A stretch of 64,000 nt of DNA from a virus, in IMG/VR virus record IMGVR_UViG_3300023176_005537, positions 32,001 to 96,000 of that record; one strand, 5' to 3'. Of this stretch, positions 35,129-46,292 are shown in pieces (within the stretch, counting starts at the first letter, position 1; every line of letters begins with the position of its first letter). A model generated the notes under the pieces. That model was given only the letters and a program-made list of their open reading frames with translations, did no database searches and was not told the DNA's origin. The position numbers and the translations under genes were made by a program.

Positions 35129-35967
35129 TGTATATCTTTTTGTCCGACTTCTTTTTAGAGCAGGGTGTGATCGGCGGAGGTGAACTGAATGATTATGAGC
35201 TTTTAAAAATATTATCCAATAAAGGCTATAAAGTAAAGAAAAAGAACACTTCTGAAGTTGATTTGAGATTTTTAAAAGAAAATATTGGAAATAACTTTAT
35301 TATTTCCAATTTTATATTCTTAAAAGAAGAGTGTAAAAAGTTCATTCAATCAGGGTTAAATTATGCGATATACGAACACGATCACAAATACCTAATCAAT
35401 AGAGACCCCTCCAAGTGTGAAGATTATATATGCAAAAAACAAGAATTAATAAATATAGGTTTTTATCAAAATGCAAAAGCCATTTTATGTCAATCTTTGT
35501 TACACGCAGAAATTATTAACAAAAACTTAAAGAAAATAAATGCTATAAGTTTATCTGGCAATTTGTGGTCCGAAGAGGATCTGAAATTGATGAGAAAGCT
35601 TTCAGAAAACAAAAAAAGTAATTTTTATTCAATTATAAATTCCATCAATCCAATAAAAAACACAAATATTTGTATTAAATACTGCCGGCATAAGCAGATT
35701 CCATTTAAGCTGATATCAAAAATGCCTAGACAGCAGTTTTTAACTGAATTATCTAAAAATGAAGGGCTGGTCTTCTTTCCCGGAGTTGTTGAGACATTAA
35801 ATAGGGTTTGCGTGGAAGCTAAAGCAATGAACTGTAAAGTTGTAACAAACAAGAAAGTTGGAGCTACATCTGAAGAATGGTTTTCCTTGAAGGGAGAGCC
35901 CTTATTGGAAGAAATGTATAAAATGAGAGAAAGCATTCCAAAGTTGATTATTGAGGTGTTTGAATGA
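35128..35967 (+). CDS. GT-B-like glycosyltransferase
   Basis: GGGEL N-terminus; ETLNRVCVEAKAMNC (EX7E). Confidence 0.7.
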   Translation: MYIFLSDFFLEQGVIGGGELNDYELLKILSNKGYKVKKKNTSEVDLRFLKENIGNNFIISNFIFLKEECKKFIQSGLNYAIYEHDHKYLINRDPSKCEDYICKKQELINIGFYQNAKAILCQSLLHAEIINKNLKKINAISLSGNLWSEEDLKLMRKLSENKKSNFYSIINSINPIKNTNICIKYCRHKQIPFKLISKMPRQQFLTELSKNEGLVFFPGVVETLNRVCVEAKAMNCKVVTNKKVGATSEEWFSLKGEPLLEEMYKMRESIPKLIIEVFE

Positions 35968-36866
35968 GAAAAGTATATATTAAATCTCACGAAGAAAACG
36001 CTGGAAAATACATTTATCGCGGCTACTTCAAAGCTTGGGAGGCACTAGGTTATGAAGTTGTGAATTATAAAAACCTTTTAGATATTTCAAATGATGAAGG
36101 TTTTTATTTGATGGCAGTGGATGCAGAAATCAACTCCACAAACATTCACGTTGTTAAAAAAGCAATAAAGGCTTACGTATACGTCCAGCCAAACACATTT
36201 CCAATGAAGTGGGGAACGCATCCCAATTTTGTATCATTGTGCCCAGACGATACAATTAAAGAGCTTAATGTTTTGGACAATGTTGTTCTATGGCACTGGG
36301 CAGACAGTTTTGAATACCATACAAAATGGAAAGGGATTAAAAAGCTTCCATTGGCTTTTGACTCTATCTCATATCAGATTGAAGAAGACGATAAATACAA
36401 CTTTGATTGCTGTTTTATTGGCACTTGGGCAAACAACGGCTTCAATGAAAAAAGAAAGATTTTATTAGATTATCTAGGAGAGTTTAAAAATAGCAATCTT
36501 AAGTGTGGATTTTTTATCAATCGTAATATCTCTCACGAGAAAGAGAATCTGATCTTATCTAGTAGTAAGATTGCAATTAACATTCACGATGCATATCAAC
36601 AAATGCTGGGTTTGGATACAAACGAAAGAACATTTAAATCTCTTGGGTTAACTGGTATTTTAGTGTCAGACTCTGTAAGACAAGTTAATACAATCTTTCC
36701 CAATGTACAACTGGCAAAAGATCCCAAAGAAATGGTTCAGATTGTAGGCGATTTACTGCTGAAAGACAAAGAACAAATTAAAGAAATGAAAAATTATAAT
36801 AGAAATAATGTATTAAAAAACCACACTTATATTAAAAGAGTTGAGGAGATGTTGAGCTTTGGATAA
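35964..36866 (+). CDS. CgeB-like glycosyltransferase
   Basis: FIG, KIAINIH, NERTF, HTYIKR. Confidence 0.8.
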   Translation: MRKVYIKSHEENAGKYIYRGYFKAWEALGYEVVNYKNLLDISNDEGFYLMAVDAEINSTNIHVVKKAIKAYVYVQPNTFPMKWGTHPNFVSLCPDDTIKELNVLDNVVLWHWADSFEYHTKWKGIKKLPLAFDSISYQIEEDDKYNFDCCFIGTWANNGFNEKRKILLDYLGEFKNSNLKCGFFINRNISHEKENLILSSSKIAINIHDAYQQMLGLDTNERTFKSLGLTGILVSDSVRQVNTIFPNVQLAKDPKEMVQIVGDLLLKDKEQIKEMKNYNRNNVLKNHTYIKRVEEMLSFG

Positions 36867-37587
36867 CAAACCGAAAGTTACAATCGTAATACCTTGTTAT
36901 AATTCTGAAAAATGGATTGAACAGAGTGTTAGAACTGCTTTGGATCAAGATTACGACAACGTAGAAGTTATCTTTGTTGACAATGAAAGTACAGACAGTA
37001 GCGTTGATATTGTTAGCAAGATCCAAAGTGATAAGCTTATTATGTCTTCTGCTCCGAACATATACCCACATTGTTGGGATGAGGCTAGAGAAGAAGGTAT
37101 TAGAATGTCTACCGGTGAGTACATTTTGATTATGGGTTCTGATGACTTTTTGGAGAACAATTTTATTTCAAATTGTATGAGCATTGTAATGAAGGTGCCG
37201 GATAAAATAAGGGTGCTTCAAAGCCCAATTAGAGGCATCAAGGGGCAAGAAGAGGGAGATGTTGGGTTCGTATCTTATTTTTACAATAACAAAGAACAAC
37301 TTAAACAGGAGTTGGTGAAGAGATGCGTGGTCAACACCCCAACGGTTTTGTACAAGAAAGATGTTTTATTAGAGACAAAGACAAAACCAAGCCAATATGG
37401 AGGAGCCGCAGATTATGATTTTTATTGCCAGTTGGTTGATAAAGGAGAATTCATTTTCCCTGTGAGTTCTTGGCTTGGGTTCAATTATCGTTGGCACCCG
37501 GAACAGGCAACTTGGAAGATGAAAAAACAACAAACGAATTATGACAAGAAAATCCAGAGATTTTGGAGGGAAAAGTGGAGAATCTAA
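36859..37587 (+). CDS. family 2 glycosyltransferase
   Basis: VIPCYN, VDNESTD, SDD. Confidence 0.9.
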   Translation: MDNKPKVTIVIPCYNSEKWIEQSVRTALDQDYDNVEVIFVDNESTDSSVDIVSKIQSDKLIMSSAPNIYPHCWDEAREEGIRMSTGEYILIMGSDDFLENNFISNCMSIVMKVPDKIRVLQSPIRGIKGQEEGDVGFVSYFYNNKEQLKQELVKRCVVNTPTVLYKKDVLLETKTKPSQYGGAADYDFYCQLVDKGEFIFPVSSWLGFNYRWHPEQATWKMKKQQTNYDKKIQRFWREKWRI

Positions 37588-38198
37588 AAAAAAGAATTCT
37601 AGAAATAGCATATAAAAACAATCTATCGCATTTGGGAAGTTACTTCTCAAGTGTTGGTATCATTGATGAAATCTATAAAGAAAAGAAAAAGACAGATATT
37701 TTTATTTTGTCATCCGGACACGCAGCTTTGGCTTTGTATGTTGTTCTGGAAAAATATCACGATCTAGATGCAGAAAAGTTGTTTAAAAAACACGGAGGCC
37801 ACCCACATCGATGTGAGAGTGATTTTATCTATTGCTCGACAGGAAGTTTGGGAATGGGGTTGACGGTGGCTGTAGGCAGAGCCTTGGCGAATAAAGACAT
37901 CCACATTCATTGTTTGGTAAGCGATGGAGAAGCATATGAAGGGTCTATTTGGGAGTCCTTGAGGTACATTGAAGAGAAGAACATCAAGAATATAACAGTA
38001 CACGTAAATGTTAATGGGTATGCTGGTTATAAATGCGTTGATTCTAGAAAATTAGTTGAAAGACTTAAAACTTTCCTTCCGGACATTCAGATTCACTATA
38101 CCGATGTTGGTGAATATCCATTTCTATCCGGATTGAACGCACATTATCACATTATGAGCGAAGAAGATTATCAATCCGCAAAGGAGAGGTTCGAATGA
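37563..38198 (+). CDS. transketolase-like N-terminal TPP-binding subunit
   Basis: SHLGS, LSSGHA, STGSLGMG, SDGE..EG..WE. Confidence 0.88.
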   Translation: MEGKVENLKKRILEIAYKNNLSHLGSYFSSVGIIDEIYKEKKKTDIFILSSGHAALALYVVLEKYHDLDAEKLFKKHGGHPHRCESDFIYCSTGSLGMGLTVAVGRALANKDIHIHCLVSDGEAYEGSIWESLRYIEEKNIKNITVHVNVNGYAGYKCVDSRKLVERLKTFLPDIQIHYTDVGEYPFLSGLNAHYHIMSEEDYQSAKERFE

Positions 38199-38671
38199 GA
38201 AGATACTTTAGTGAACTGCTTCATAGAGAAATGGGGCAAAATAAAGATATTGTTCTGATCACGGGAGACCTTGGTTATGGATTGTGGGATCGGATCAAGA
38301 TTGATTACGAAGACCGTTTTCATAATGTCGGAGCAGCGGAACAATTTATGATGGGGATGGCTAGTGGAATGGCGATGGAAGGAAAAATTCCAGTTGTTTA
38401 TTCGATTACTCCATTTTTGCTGTATCGGCCATTCGAATTTATACGAAATTATGTAGATCATGAAAAAGTGCCTGTCAAGTTAGTGGGCGGAGGCCGAGGA
38501 AAGGATTATGGATACTTGGGATTTTCTCACTGGGCAGAGGACGATGTGAAAATTATGAAGTGCTTTAAGAATATAGAGACTAACCACCCAAAGAGTGAAA
38601 AAGAATTAGAAGAATCTTTTCGTGATATGCTGTACAACAAAGGCCCCTATTATTTGAACCTTAAAAGATGA
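38195..38671 (+). CDS. transketolase-like pyrimidine-binding subunit (no C-terminal domain)
   Basis: TGDLG, NVGAAEQ, RPFE, GFSH, GPYY. Confidence 0.85.
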   Translation: MRRYFSELLHREMGQNKDIVLITGDLGYGLWDRIKIDYEDRFHNVGAAEQFMMGMASGMAMEGKIPVVYSITPFLLYRPFEFIRNYVDHEKVPVKLVGGGRGKDYGYLGFSHWAEDDVKIMKCFKNIETNHPKSEKELEESFRDMLYNKGPYYLNLKR

Positions 38672-38684
38672 GTAGGAAAGTAAA

Positions 38685-39542
38685 ATGAATAATACCGTGC
38701 TTGTCACCGGTGCAAATGGTTTTATTGCAAAAAGCATCATTCCAGAATTGGAGAAAAAATATAAAGTTATTTCTACAAATAGAGCTACTTTGGATGTTTT
38801 AGATGAGACCGAGGTAGACAACTTTTTTCAAGCTAATAAAGTTGACTACGTGGTACATACGGCGGCTTCCGGCGGAAAAAGAATTCATAAAAACGAAGAA
38901 AGATATTTCTATGAAAATTTGAAAATGTATGAAAACTTGAAAAAACATAGAGATAAGTTCAAGTTGATGATTGTTTTTGGTTCCGGAGCGGAATATTGCA
39001 AAGAAGAAAACATTGAAAACGTAGATGAAGAAAAGTTTGATAATAAAGAACCTCTTAATCATTATGGAAGAGCAAAGCAAGAAATAACAAAAAGCGTTAT
39101 CAATATAAACGACAACATATACAATATTCGTATTTTTAATTGCTTTGGAGTGAACGAAGAACCTCAAAGAATGATTAAAAATTCTATCTTAAAATATATT
39201 GAAAAGTGTGGTATAATAGTACACAAGAACAAAGAGATGGATTTTTTCTATGTGAAGGATTTGTATAGAATTATAGATCGCTTGATGTCCGAAGGTGGTC
39301 ATAAATTTAAGCAATTTAATGCTTGTTATATGGAAAAACAAACTTTATTGGATGTGGCAAACAAGATCAACAACCTAGACAACCACGATGTAGATATTTC
39401 CTTGTTGGATGAGGAAATGGATAATAGCTATTCTGGAAACGGCGCAAGGCTAGGCTCTTTGGGATTAGAATTCATAGGTTTTGACGAAGCAATTAAAGAG
39501 TATTATCGGGAGATTAAAAAATATGCAAAAACAGCTTCTTAA
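38685..39542 (+). CDS. NAD-dependent sugar epimerase/reductase
   Basis: TGANGFIA, SGAEY, YGRAK. Confidence 0.88.
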   Translation: MNNTVLVTGANGFIAKSIIPELEKKYKVISTNRATLDVLDETEVDNFFQANKVDYVVHTAASGGKRIHKNEERYFYENLKMYENLKKHRDKFKLMIVFGSGAEYCKEENIENVDEEKFDNKEPLNHYGRAKQEITKSVININDNIYNIRIFNCFGVNEEPQRMIKNSILKYIEKCGIIVHKNKEMDFFYVKDLYRIIDRLMSEGGHKFKQFNACYMEKQTLLDVANKINNLDNHDVDISLLDEEMDNSYSGNGARLGSLGLEFIGFDEAIKEYYREIKKYAKTAS

Positions 39543-40878
39543 TGAGATTTTAAACTTGGTTAGTGAGTATGTTAAACAAAAGAACAAAGAAGAAAATGAC
39601 TGGAAAGAGGGCGATTGGGTTAAATATTCAGGACCAGTTTTGGATGAACGCGAATACAAAGAAGCAATCAGAACTCTCTTGAGCGGTTGGCTCATTTATG
39701 GCGAGAATGCAAGAAAGTTTGAATTAGAATTTGCAAAAGAGCTTGGCAAGAAGTTTGGAGTTTTGACAAACTCTGGAAGTTCTGCTAACCTTCTGATGGT
39801 GTCCACACTAACATCGAAAGATAAAAGATTGGCAAAATACCATCTTCCTCGTGGTAGTAAGTTTATTACTCCTGTGGTGTGTTTCCCAACAACTCTCAAC
39901 CCCATCATTCAGAATGGATATGAGCCAGTTTTTGTTGATGTTACGCTCCCTGATTTGAATCTGGATTTGGATCAAGTGGAGAAAAAACTAGAAGAAGATC
40001 CTGAAATTAAAGGAATTATTTTTGCTCACGTCCTAGGCAATCCACCAGATATGGATAGACTGATGGCCCTTGTGGAAAAATATGAACTAGTGTTTTTGGA
40101 GGATGCTTGTGATGCTCTAGGTTCAACATACGATGGTAAGTTGCTGGGCTCTTTTGGTTTGATGTCGACTTGCTCTTTCTTTCCAGCCCACCATATGACG
40201 ATGGGAGAGGGTGGTTTTGTTGCGACTAACCAAAACCAACTTCGAAGGGGATTGGCTAGTTTTAGAGACTGGGGTAGGGCTTGCTATTGCAATGAAAAGT
40301 CTCCCGGAGATGTCACATGTGCAACTGCTTGCGGAGATCGATTTAAGAATTGGTTTCCAGATTTGCCAGAAGTTACATATGATCATCGTTATGTTTTTGA
40401 TGAGATTGGGTACAACATTAAGCCACTGGATCTTCAAGCCGCAATGGGGCTGGAGCAGTTGAAGAAATTGGAAAAGTTTCATCAAGACAGAAAAGATAAC
40501 TTTGAAAGATTGTATGAAATCTTCAAGCCATATGGAGAATATTTTCATCTACCAAAGGCAACAGAAAAAGCAGATCCTAGCTGGTTTGGATTTCTTTTGA
40601 CTGTCAAAGAAGGAGCGCCCTTTAGTCGACATCAATTCCAAACATATATGGAAAAGCAAAAAGTTCAAACTAGAGCTTACTTTACCGGCAATGTTATGTA
40701 TCACCCCGGATATCGACATTTGGCTAAAGAGTACGGAGAGCTTAAAAAAGTATTTCCAAATGCTCACTTGGCAACAACCAGCACTTTGTTTTTGGGAACT
40801 TATTCTGGCTTGACTGAAGAGAAAATGAATTATATTAAAGAAAAGGTAGATGCCTTTTTTAAAGAATTGGGAGCATAG
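39523..40878 (+). CDS. rfbH: NDP-4-keto-6-deoxyglucose 3-dehydratase (E1, DdhC/RfbH)
   Basis: NSGSSANL, EDACDALG, SFFPAHH (His replaces the Schiff-base Lys), CYC...CG.RF cysteines, YDHRY. Confidence 0.88.
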   Translation: MQKQLLNEILNLVSEYVKQKNKEENDWKEGDWVKYSGPVLDEREYKEAIRTLLSGWLIYGENARKFELEFAKELGKKFGVLTNSGSSANLLMVSTLTSKDKRLAKYHLPRGSKFITPVVCFPTTLNPIIQNGYEPVFVDVTLPDLNLDLDQVEKKLEEDPEIKGIIFAHVLGNPPDMDRLMALVEKYELVFLEDACDALGSTYDGKLLGSFGLMSTCSFFPAHHMTMGEGGFVATNQNQLRRGLASFRDWGRACYCNEKSPGDVTCATACGDRFKNWFPDLPEVTYDHRYVFDEIGYNIKPLDLQAAMGLEQLKKLEKFHQDRKDNFERLYEIFKPYGEYFHLPKATEKADPSWFGFLLTVKEGAPFSRHQFQTYMEKQKVQTRAYFTGNVMYHPGYRHLAKEYGELKKVFPNAHLATTSTLFLGTYSGLTEEKMNYIKEKVDAFFKELGA

Positions 40879-40880
40879 AT

Positions 40881-41831
40881 ATGAAAATAGTTTATATTAC
40901 TGGCTGCTTGGGGTTTATGGGCTCACATACCACTAGAAAGGTGCTTGAGATGGGCTGGGAAGTGTGTGGAGTGGATAAGTTGACCTATGCAGCCAATCCG
41001 GATTATCTGGAAGAATTCAATAAATATCCAAATTTTAAATTCATTAATTCAGATATCAAAGATTTGAAATCGCTTTATGATTGCGATTATGTTATCAACT
41101 TCGCAGCCGAGTCTCACGTTGGAAACAGTATTATTGATAGTGATGAGTTTATTACCAGTAACATTGTTGGTGTTAAAAACTTGCTAGAACTGGTTCGGAG
41201 GAAACCTCACAACTGTAATGATAGGCCGATTTTGTTTCATATTAGCACAGATGAGGTGTATGGAGACATTGAAGAAGGTGCGCACAATGAAGAGTCCATC
41301 TTGAACCCAAGTAACCCATATTCAGCATCAAAAGCGGCTGCTGATATGCTGATCACAGCGTGGGCTCGAACATATGGAATTAAGTATCTTATCTTGAGAC
41401 CGACAAACAACTACGGCCCCGGCCAATATCCAGAGAAATTAATTCCGATTTCTGTCAAGAATTTGATGCGAAAGAAAAAGATCAAACTACACAACGAAGG
41501 CACTCCAGTAAGGAACTGGCTACATGTAGAGGATACGGCAGAAGCTGTTATTAAGATTGTAGAATCAGGCGAAGTTAATCAAGTATACAACGTTGCCGGT
41601 GGCTTTGAGCAGGCAAATGTGGATACAGTAAGGAAAATTATCAAAGCTTTCTTTGGTTCGGAAGAGAATTGGAGAGAACATGTAGACTTTTCAGAAGTTA
41701 GAGAGGGTCAAGATGTTAGATATGCAATTGATGACACAAGATTGAAAGAACTAGGATGGAAACCCTTGAAGGAATTCGATGAAGAGATTGTCGAGATTGT
41801 AAAAGAAGTAAGGAACAACTGGAGATGGTAA
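40881..41831 (+). CDS. rfbB: dTDP-glucose 4,6-dehydratase
   Basis: DKLTYA, NFAAESHV, STDEVYG, YSASK, NNYGP.Q.PEKLIP. Confidence 0.9.
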   Translation: MKIVYITGCLGFMGSHTTRKVLEMGWEVCGVDKLTYAANPDYLEEFNKYPNFKFINSDIKDLKSLYDCDYVINFAAESHVGNSIIDSDEFITSNIVGVKNLLELVRRKPHNCNDRPILFHISTDEVYGDIEEGAHNEESILNPSNPYSASKAAADMLITAWARTYGIKYLILRPTNNYGPGQYPEKLIPISVKNLMRKKKIKLHNEGTPVRNWLHVEDTAEAVIKIVESGEVNQVYNVAGGFEQANVDTVRKIIKAFFGSEENWREHVDFSEVREGQDVRYAIDDTRLKELGWKPLKEFDEEIVEIVKEVRNNWRW

Positions 41832-42676
41832 AGCAAGAGAAAAAAATTGCTTGTTTGATCTATTTTTTTGGCAAAAGGTACGAAAGAATAGGAAAATGCG
41901 CTGTTGATAGTTTTAAAAAATATCATCCGGATGTTGATTTGATTCATGTTAACAAAGAAAATGCTGAACAATATCGTTCAACAGAGAAACTTAAATTAGT
42001 TGGCCATGGCATATACAAATATATGCTAGCTGCTGAAATTATGATGAGATTTAAGTATGATAAAATCATCGTCCTAGGTGCAGATACCATAACTTGTTCT
42101 AGATTGACAGAATTTATTGATAACGATGAAGATGATATATTAGCCACGTTGGATTATCCATACAGGCTATATTCTAGACATCGTAATATGTTTTTATCAC
42201 CAGATTCTGAAACACATCTTAATGCAGATGTGGTTTGTTTCAATAATCCTTCTGCTATAGTCGATATTGTTAGAATTGCTAAATCATTCCCAGAGTATGT
42301 GGAGCAGGCTGGGTTGAATTATGTTGTATGGTCTGAAGATTATAACTATTCGTGTTCAATTGTTGATGGCCCATACAAGACTAGCGAGGTTGTATACAAT
42401 GCTCGCGCAAAAGGAAATATCGTAGCCAAGCCGAACACAAAACCTTGGGGAGAGCATACTAATAAATTCTATGTGAAAGATCAAAAGTTGTATACCGGCG
42501 ATAATAAGCAAATTAAAGTTTGGCATTATTGTGATGGCTTGGGAGTTCAAACTGATGCAGTATTTATGGGCACAATGAATCATTATATTAATGATTGGTT
42601 TAATAAAGAGACAAAAGAGTTCTTTGAAGAATGCTGTGATTGTGGAGACTTTTTCAAAAGAGAGTTTGCTTTTTAA
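41825..42676 (+). CDS. putative GT-A glycosyltransferase-like protein
   Basis: LGADT, LNADV, EQAGLN resemble GT8-type motifs; sugar-cluster context. Confidence 0.5.
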   Translation: MVKQEKKIACLIYFFGKRYERIGKCAVDSFKKYHPDVDLIHVNKENAEQYRSTEKLKLVGHGIYKYMLAAEIMMRFKYDKIIVLGADTITCSRLTEFIDNDEDDILATLDYPYRLYSRHRNMFLSPDSETHLNADVVCFNNPSAIVDIVRIAKSFPEYVEQAGLNYVVWSEDYNYSCSIVDGPYKTSEVVYNARAKGNIVAKPNTKPWGEHTNKFYVKDQKLYTGDNKQIKVWHYCDGLGVQTDAVFMGTMNHYINDWFNKETKEFFEECCDCGDFFKREFAF

Positions 42677-42679
42677 TAT

Positions 42680-43582
42680 ATGAGAATTTTACTTACAACA
42701 AACAAAACATACAGAGGCTTTTTAGATGGTGGTTATTACCATTTCTTCTCGGCATTAGAGGAGTTAGGGCACGATGTTTATTTTTATGATACGGTCAAAC
42801 CAGATGAAGTAAGTTATTCTAAAGTTATAGAATCCTTTAAGCCAGATGTTATATGGTCTTGTTTGACGGGTGATGCCAACATCGCCCCATATGAACCAAC
42901 AAGAGAGATTAAAAGAGAAACAAAGAGAGGTAGAATCAAGACATTCAATTGGTTTTGCGATGATACTTGGAGATTTGAAACGTTTTCCAAAAAAGTGTGT
43001 AATTTTTTTACTTGCTGCTCCACTCCAGAGCCGCTTTATTTAGAGAAATATAAGCAAATAGGGTATGATAATATACTTTTAGGAAACTGGCATATAAATA
43101 ACAAATACATCAAAAGAGTAGACTTTGAACAGAAAGACATTGACATTTCTTTCATAGGCAATATGACCAAACAAAGAAAGAATTTTTTTGATAATGTTGA
43201 CATCGAGGTTAGCAACTTTTTTGGTTTAACAAACGAGCAACTTTTCAACACACACGGTAGAACAAAGATCGGAATTAATTTAAGCAGGAACGATAATGAT
43301 CCTTTGCGGAAAACGCAAATGAAACAAAGAATATTTGAAATAGCCGCTTCAGGTGGGCTAGTCGTGACTGAATATCATAAAGGAATCGAAGAGTTTTTTA
43401 CAATCGATAAAGAAATCATAACGTTTGAAACAGTCGATGAGTTCAATAAAAAAGTTATTTTTCTGTTAAAAAACCCCAAATTAACAGAAAAGATTGCAAA
43501 TAACGGATACAAAAGATTCTGCAAAGAGCACGAATCTAAAATTAGATTGTCAAAAATCTTAACAAAGATAGTGGAAATATAA
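42680..43582 (+). CDS. CgeB-like glycosyltransferase
   Basis: WFCDD, SFIG, KIGINL, RIFEIAASG. Confidence 0.82.
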   Translation: MRILLTTNKTYRGFLDGGYYHFFSALEELGHDVYFYDTVKPDEVSYSKVIESFKPDVIWSCLTGDANIAPYEPTREIKRETKRGRIKTFNWFCDDTWRFETFSKKVCNFFTCCSTPEPLYLEKYKQIGYDNILLGNWHINNKYIKRVDFEQKDIDISFIGNMTKQRKNFFDNVDIEVSNFFGLTNEQLFNTHGRTKIGINLSRNDNDPLRKTQMKQRIFEIAASGGLVVTEYHKGIEEFFTIDKEIITFETVDEFNKKVIFLLKNPKLTEKIANNGYKRFCKEHESKIRLSKILTKIVEI

Positions 43583-44488
43583 ATGGAAGTATTGGTAACT
43601 GGCGGTTCAGGATTTGTTGGAACCAGATTGCAAAAAAAGCAGAAAAATTGGACATATATTTCTTCTAAAGATTATGATTTGACGGTCAAAGATCATTGCC
43701 GGCAAATGCTTTTAGATATAAAACCTGATGTTGTTCTTCATTTGGCTGGTAAAGTTGGTGGAATAAAAGAAAATAATAAAAAACAAGCAGACTTTTATTA
43801 TACCAACACCATGATTAATACCAATATTTTAGAAGAATCGTATCGTGCAGGGGTGGGAAGGGTTCTGTCTTCTTTAAGCACATGTGCTTTCCCAGATAAG
43901 CTAGACAAATACCCATTTACAGAAGAAGATCTGTTAATAGGACCACCGGCTGTAACAAACTTTTCTTATGGATATGCAAAGAGGAGCTTGTTTGTGCAGT
44001 CATTATCATATTCACGCCAGTATGGTGTAAATTATAATTGTTTTTGCCCCTCAAATCTATATGGGCCTGATGATAATTTTGATTTAGAGAGTGGTCATTT
44101 TGTGCCGAATTTAATTCGAAAAGTTTTTGAATCAGGTATGAAAAAGAATATTGAACTGTGGGGGACCGGTAAGCCTTTGAGGCAACAATTGTATGTTGAC
44201 GATTTGGTTCAGCTTATTCCCGTTTTAATAAAAAAGCACAAAGGGGATTCCCCATTGATAGTGGCTCCTAATGAGAATTATTCGATCAGAGAGTTGGCTA
44301 ATCTTTTAATTGAGCAATTGGATAGAGATTTTAATATTGTGTTTAATAATGAATTGGATGGACAATTCAGAAAAGATGGAGATAACAAGCGTCTTCTAGG
44401 CGTAGTAGGTGATTATAACTTTACCACTTTTAAAGAAGGGGTTATGAAAACATATGAATGGTATGAAAAAAACTATGAAAAACAATAA
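43583..44488 (+). CDS. fcl: GDP-L-fucose synthase-like epimerase/reductase
   Basis: [35 protein letters not shown]. Confidence 0.88.
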   Translation: MEVLVTGGSGFVGTRLQKKQKNWTYISSKDYDLTVKDHCRQMLLDIKPDVVLHLAGKVGGIKENNKKQADFYYTNTMINTNILEESYRAGVGRVLSSLSTCAFPDKLDKYPFTEEDLLIGPPAVTNFSYGYAKRSLFVQSLSYSRQYGVNYNCFCPSNLYGPDDNFDLESGHFVPNLIRKVFESGMKKNIELWGTGKPLRQQLYVDDLVQLIPVLIKKHKGDSPLIVAPNENYSIRELANLLIEQLDRDFNIVFNNELDGQFRKDGDNKRLLGVVGDYNFTTFKEGVMKTYEWYEKNYEKQ

Positions 44489-45458
44489 GACAGCTATTAT
44501 TACTGGCGCGACTGGTCAAGATGGCTCTTATCTTGTAGAGCTTCTTTTAGATAAGGGGTATTTTGTTGTTGGATGTAAGAGAAGAACATCCATTATCTGT
44601 ACAGAAAGATTGGATCACATTTATGATCATCCAAACTTTAAATTAGAATATTTTGATTTAAATGATGTTGGTAACATTTATCGCCTTTTGATGAAATATA
44701 AGCCGGATGAGTTCTATAATTTAGCAGCACAATCTCACGTTCGAGTTTCTTTTGATATTCCAGAACATACAGTCGATGGAGTGGCAATGGGAACTTTGAG
44801 AATTCTAGAGGCGATTAAGAATGTTCTCCCAACGTGCCGTTTCTATCAGGCTAGCTCTTCAGAAATGTTTGGGGACAATCCTGAAAATCCACAAAATGAA
44901 GAGACGGCTTTGATGCCTGCATCACCATATGCCTGTGCAAAGGTGTTTGCTCACAATTTGATTAGAAATTATAGAGAATCATATGGGCTCCATCTCTCTT
45001 CGGGGATTTTATTCAACCATGAATCTCCTAGAAGAGGCGAAACTTTTGTGACAAGAAAGATCACAATGGCAGCAGTAAGGATTAAATTGGGCTTGCAACA
45101 AAAGCTATATCTAGGAAATCTAGACGCAAAAAGAGATTGGGGTTTCGCAGGGGATTACGTTGAAGCAATGTGGATGATGCTACAACAAGAGCAGCCAGAT
45201 GACTATGTTGTTGCAACAGGTGAAACACACACTGTAAGGCAGTTTTTAGACGTTGTTTTTGAATATGCGGGTCTAGACACCAAAAAGTATGTAGAGGTTG
45301 ATGAGCGGCTTTTTAGACCCCACGAAGTGCCTCTGCTTTTGGGCGATGCTACCAAGGCAGAGAAGAAATTAGGATGGAAGCCAAAAGTTAGATTTAATGA
45401 ATTGGCAATTATGATGTATGAAGAAGATCTTAAAAAATTAAAAGGAGAAGTAAAATGA
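44475..45458 (+). CDS. gmd: GDP-mannose 4,6-dehydratase
   Basis: [45 protein letters not shown]. Confidence 0.95.
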   Translation: MKNNKTAIITGATGQDGSYLVELLLDKGYFVVGCKRRTSIICTERLDHIYDHPNFKLEYFDLNDVGNIYRLLMKYKPDEFYNLAAQSHVRVSFDIPEHTVDGVAMGTLRILEAIKNVLPTCRFYQASSSEMFGDNPENPQNEETALMPASPYACAKVFAHNLIRNYRESYGLHLSSGILFNHESPRRGETFVTRKITMAAVRIKLGLQQKLYLGNLDAKRDWGFAGDYVEAMWMMLQQEQPDDYVVATGETHTVRQFLDVVFEYAGLDTKKYVEVDERLFRPHEVPLLLGDATKAEKKLGWKPKVRFNELAIMMYEEDLKKLKGEVK

Positions 45459-45658
45459 AATTATCACCGCAAGCAATGGGAGCCTTGATGCTGGCTCTTC
45501 AAAATTCAATCTTGGAACAATCAGACATTGTTCCAGTTTTGCAAGATTTTGATTTCCAACTAGATCAAAATGAACTTTTGATCGTTAGTAATCCTCCAAA
45601 AGGTAAAACCTTGGAGGAATTTTCAAATGTTGGAAAAACGGAAGAATTGGATGCCTAA
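45455..45658 (+). CDS. hypothetical protein
   Basis: AAGGAG RBS, coupled start. Confidence 0.7.
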   Translation: MKLSPQAMGALMLALQNSILEQSDIVPVLQDFDFQLDQNELLIVSNPPKGKTLEEFSNVGKTEELDA

Positions 45659-45914
45659 GTACGATTATTGTTGCAAGATCTGTGGATTTGTTTTTGAGTA
45701 TCGTCATCAAATGAGCGAAACTCTTGAAAGACATCCGGACTGTAAACAAGAAGAATGTCAGGTAGAAAAAGTGCCTTCTTTTCATAGGCATTTTATCAAA
45801 ATTCAAGACAAAAAAGGTAGAAAACCGGGAGATTTAGTGAAAAAACACATTGAAGAGACAAAAGAAGAAATCAAACAGCAAAAATTAAATCTTCAAAAAG
45901 AATGGGAAAAATAA
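45651..45914 (+). CDS. FmdB-like zinc-ribbon protein
   Basis: [16 protein letters not shown]...HPDC...C. Confidence 0.75.
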   Translation: MPKYDYCCKICGFVFEYRHQMSETLERHPDCKQEECQVEKVPSFHRHFIKIQDKKGRKPGDLVKKHIEETKEEIKQQKLNLQKEWEK

Positions 45915-46292
45915 ATGTTAACTATTTATGCAACTTTGCTAACTCTCCTAGTTATAGGAGGAACATTTTATGTGGTTGCCCTTCTTCGAAAACTTTTCTT
46001 TTTTGCTGAGAACGTCGCTGAATTAAGAGAAGAGGTGTTGGAATTCTTAGAGCACCTTAAAGCTCTTTATTCAATGGAAATGTTCTATGGGGATGAAACT
46101 TTAAAGGCTCTAATAACGCATACAAAGCATTTAAAAGACAAGATAGAAAACTTTGAAGACTTTTATTCTCTCTTGTATGAAGAGGAAGAGTATGAAGAAG
46201 AAAAAGAACTGCTGCAAGAATTAGAGGAAAATATAAAGGATGAATATGCCCCAGCCGAACAAACAACAAAATCAACCAAAGAAGAGAGGTAG
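45915..46292 (+). CDS. membrane-anchored hypothetical protein
   Basis: N-terminal TM, EMFYGDETL, acidic tail. Confidence 0.7.
   Translation: MLTIYATLLTLLVIGGTFYVVALLRKLFFFAENVAELREEVLEFLEHLKALYSMEMFYGDETLKALITHTKHLKDKIENFEDFYSLLYEEEEYEEEKELLQELEENIKDEYAPAEQTTKSTKEER

Noticed and set aside
32382-45458. Bacterial O-antigen locus (host contamination)
   Set aside because: No flippase, polymerase or initiating transferase; translationally coupled to phage-type genes downstream
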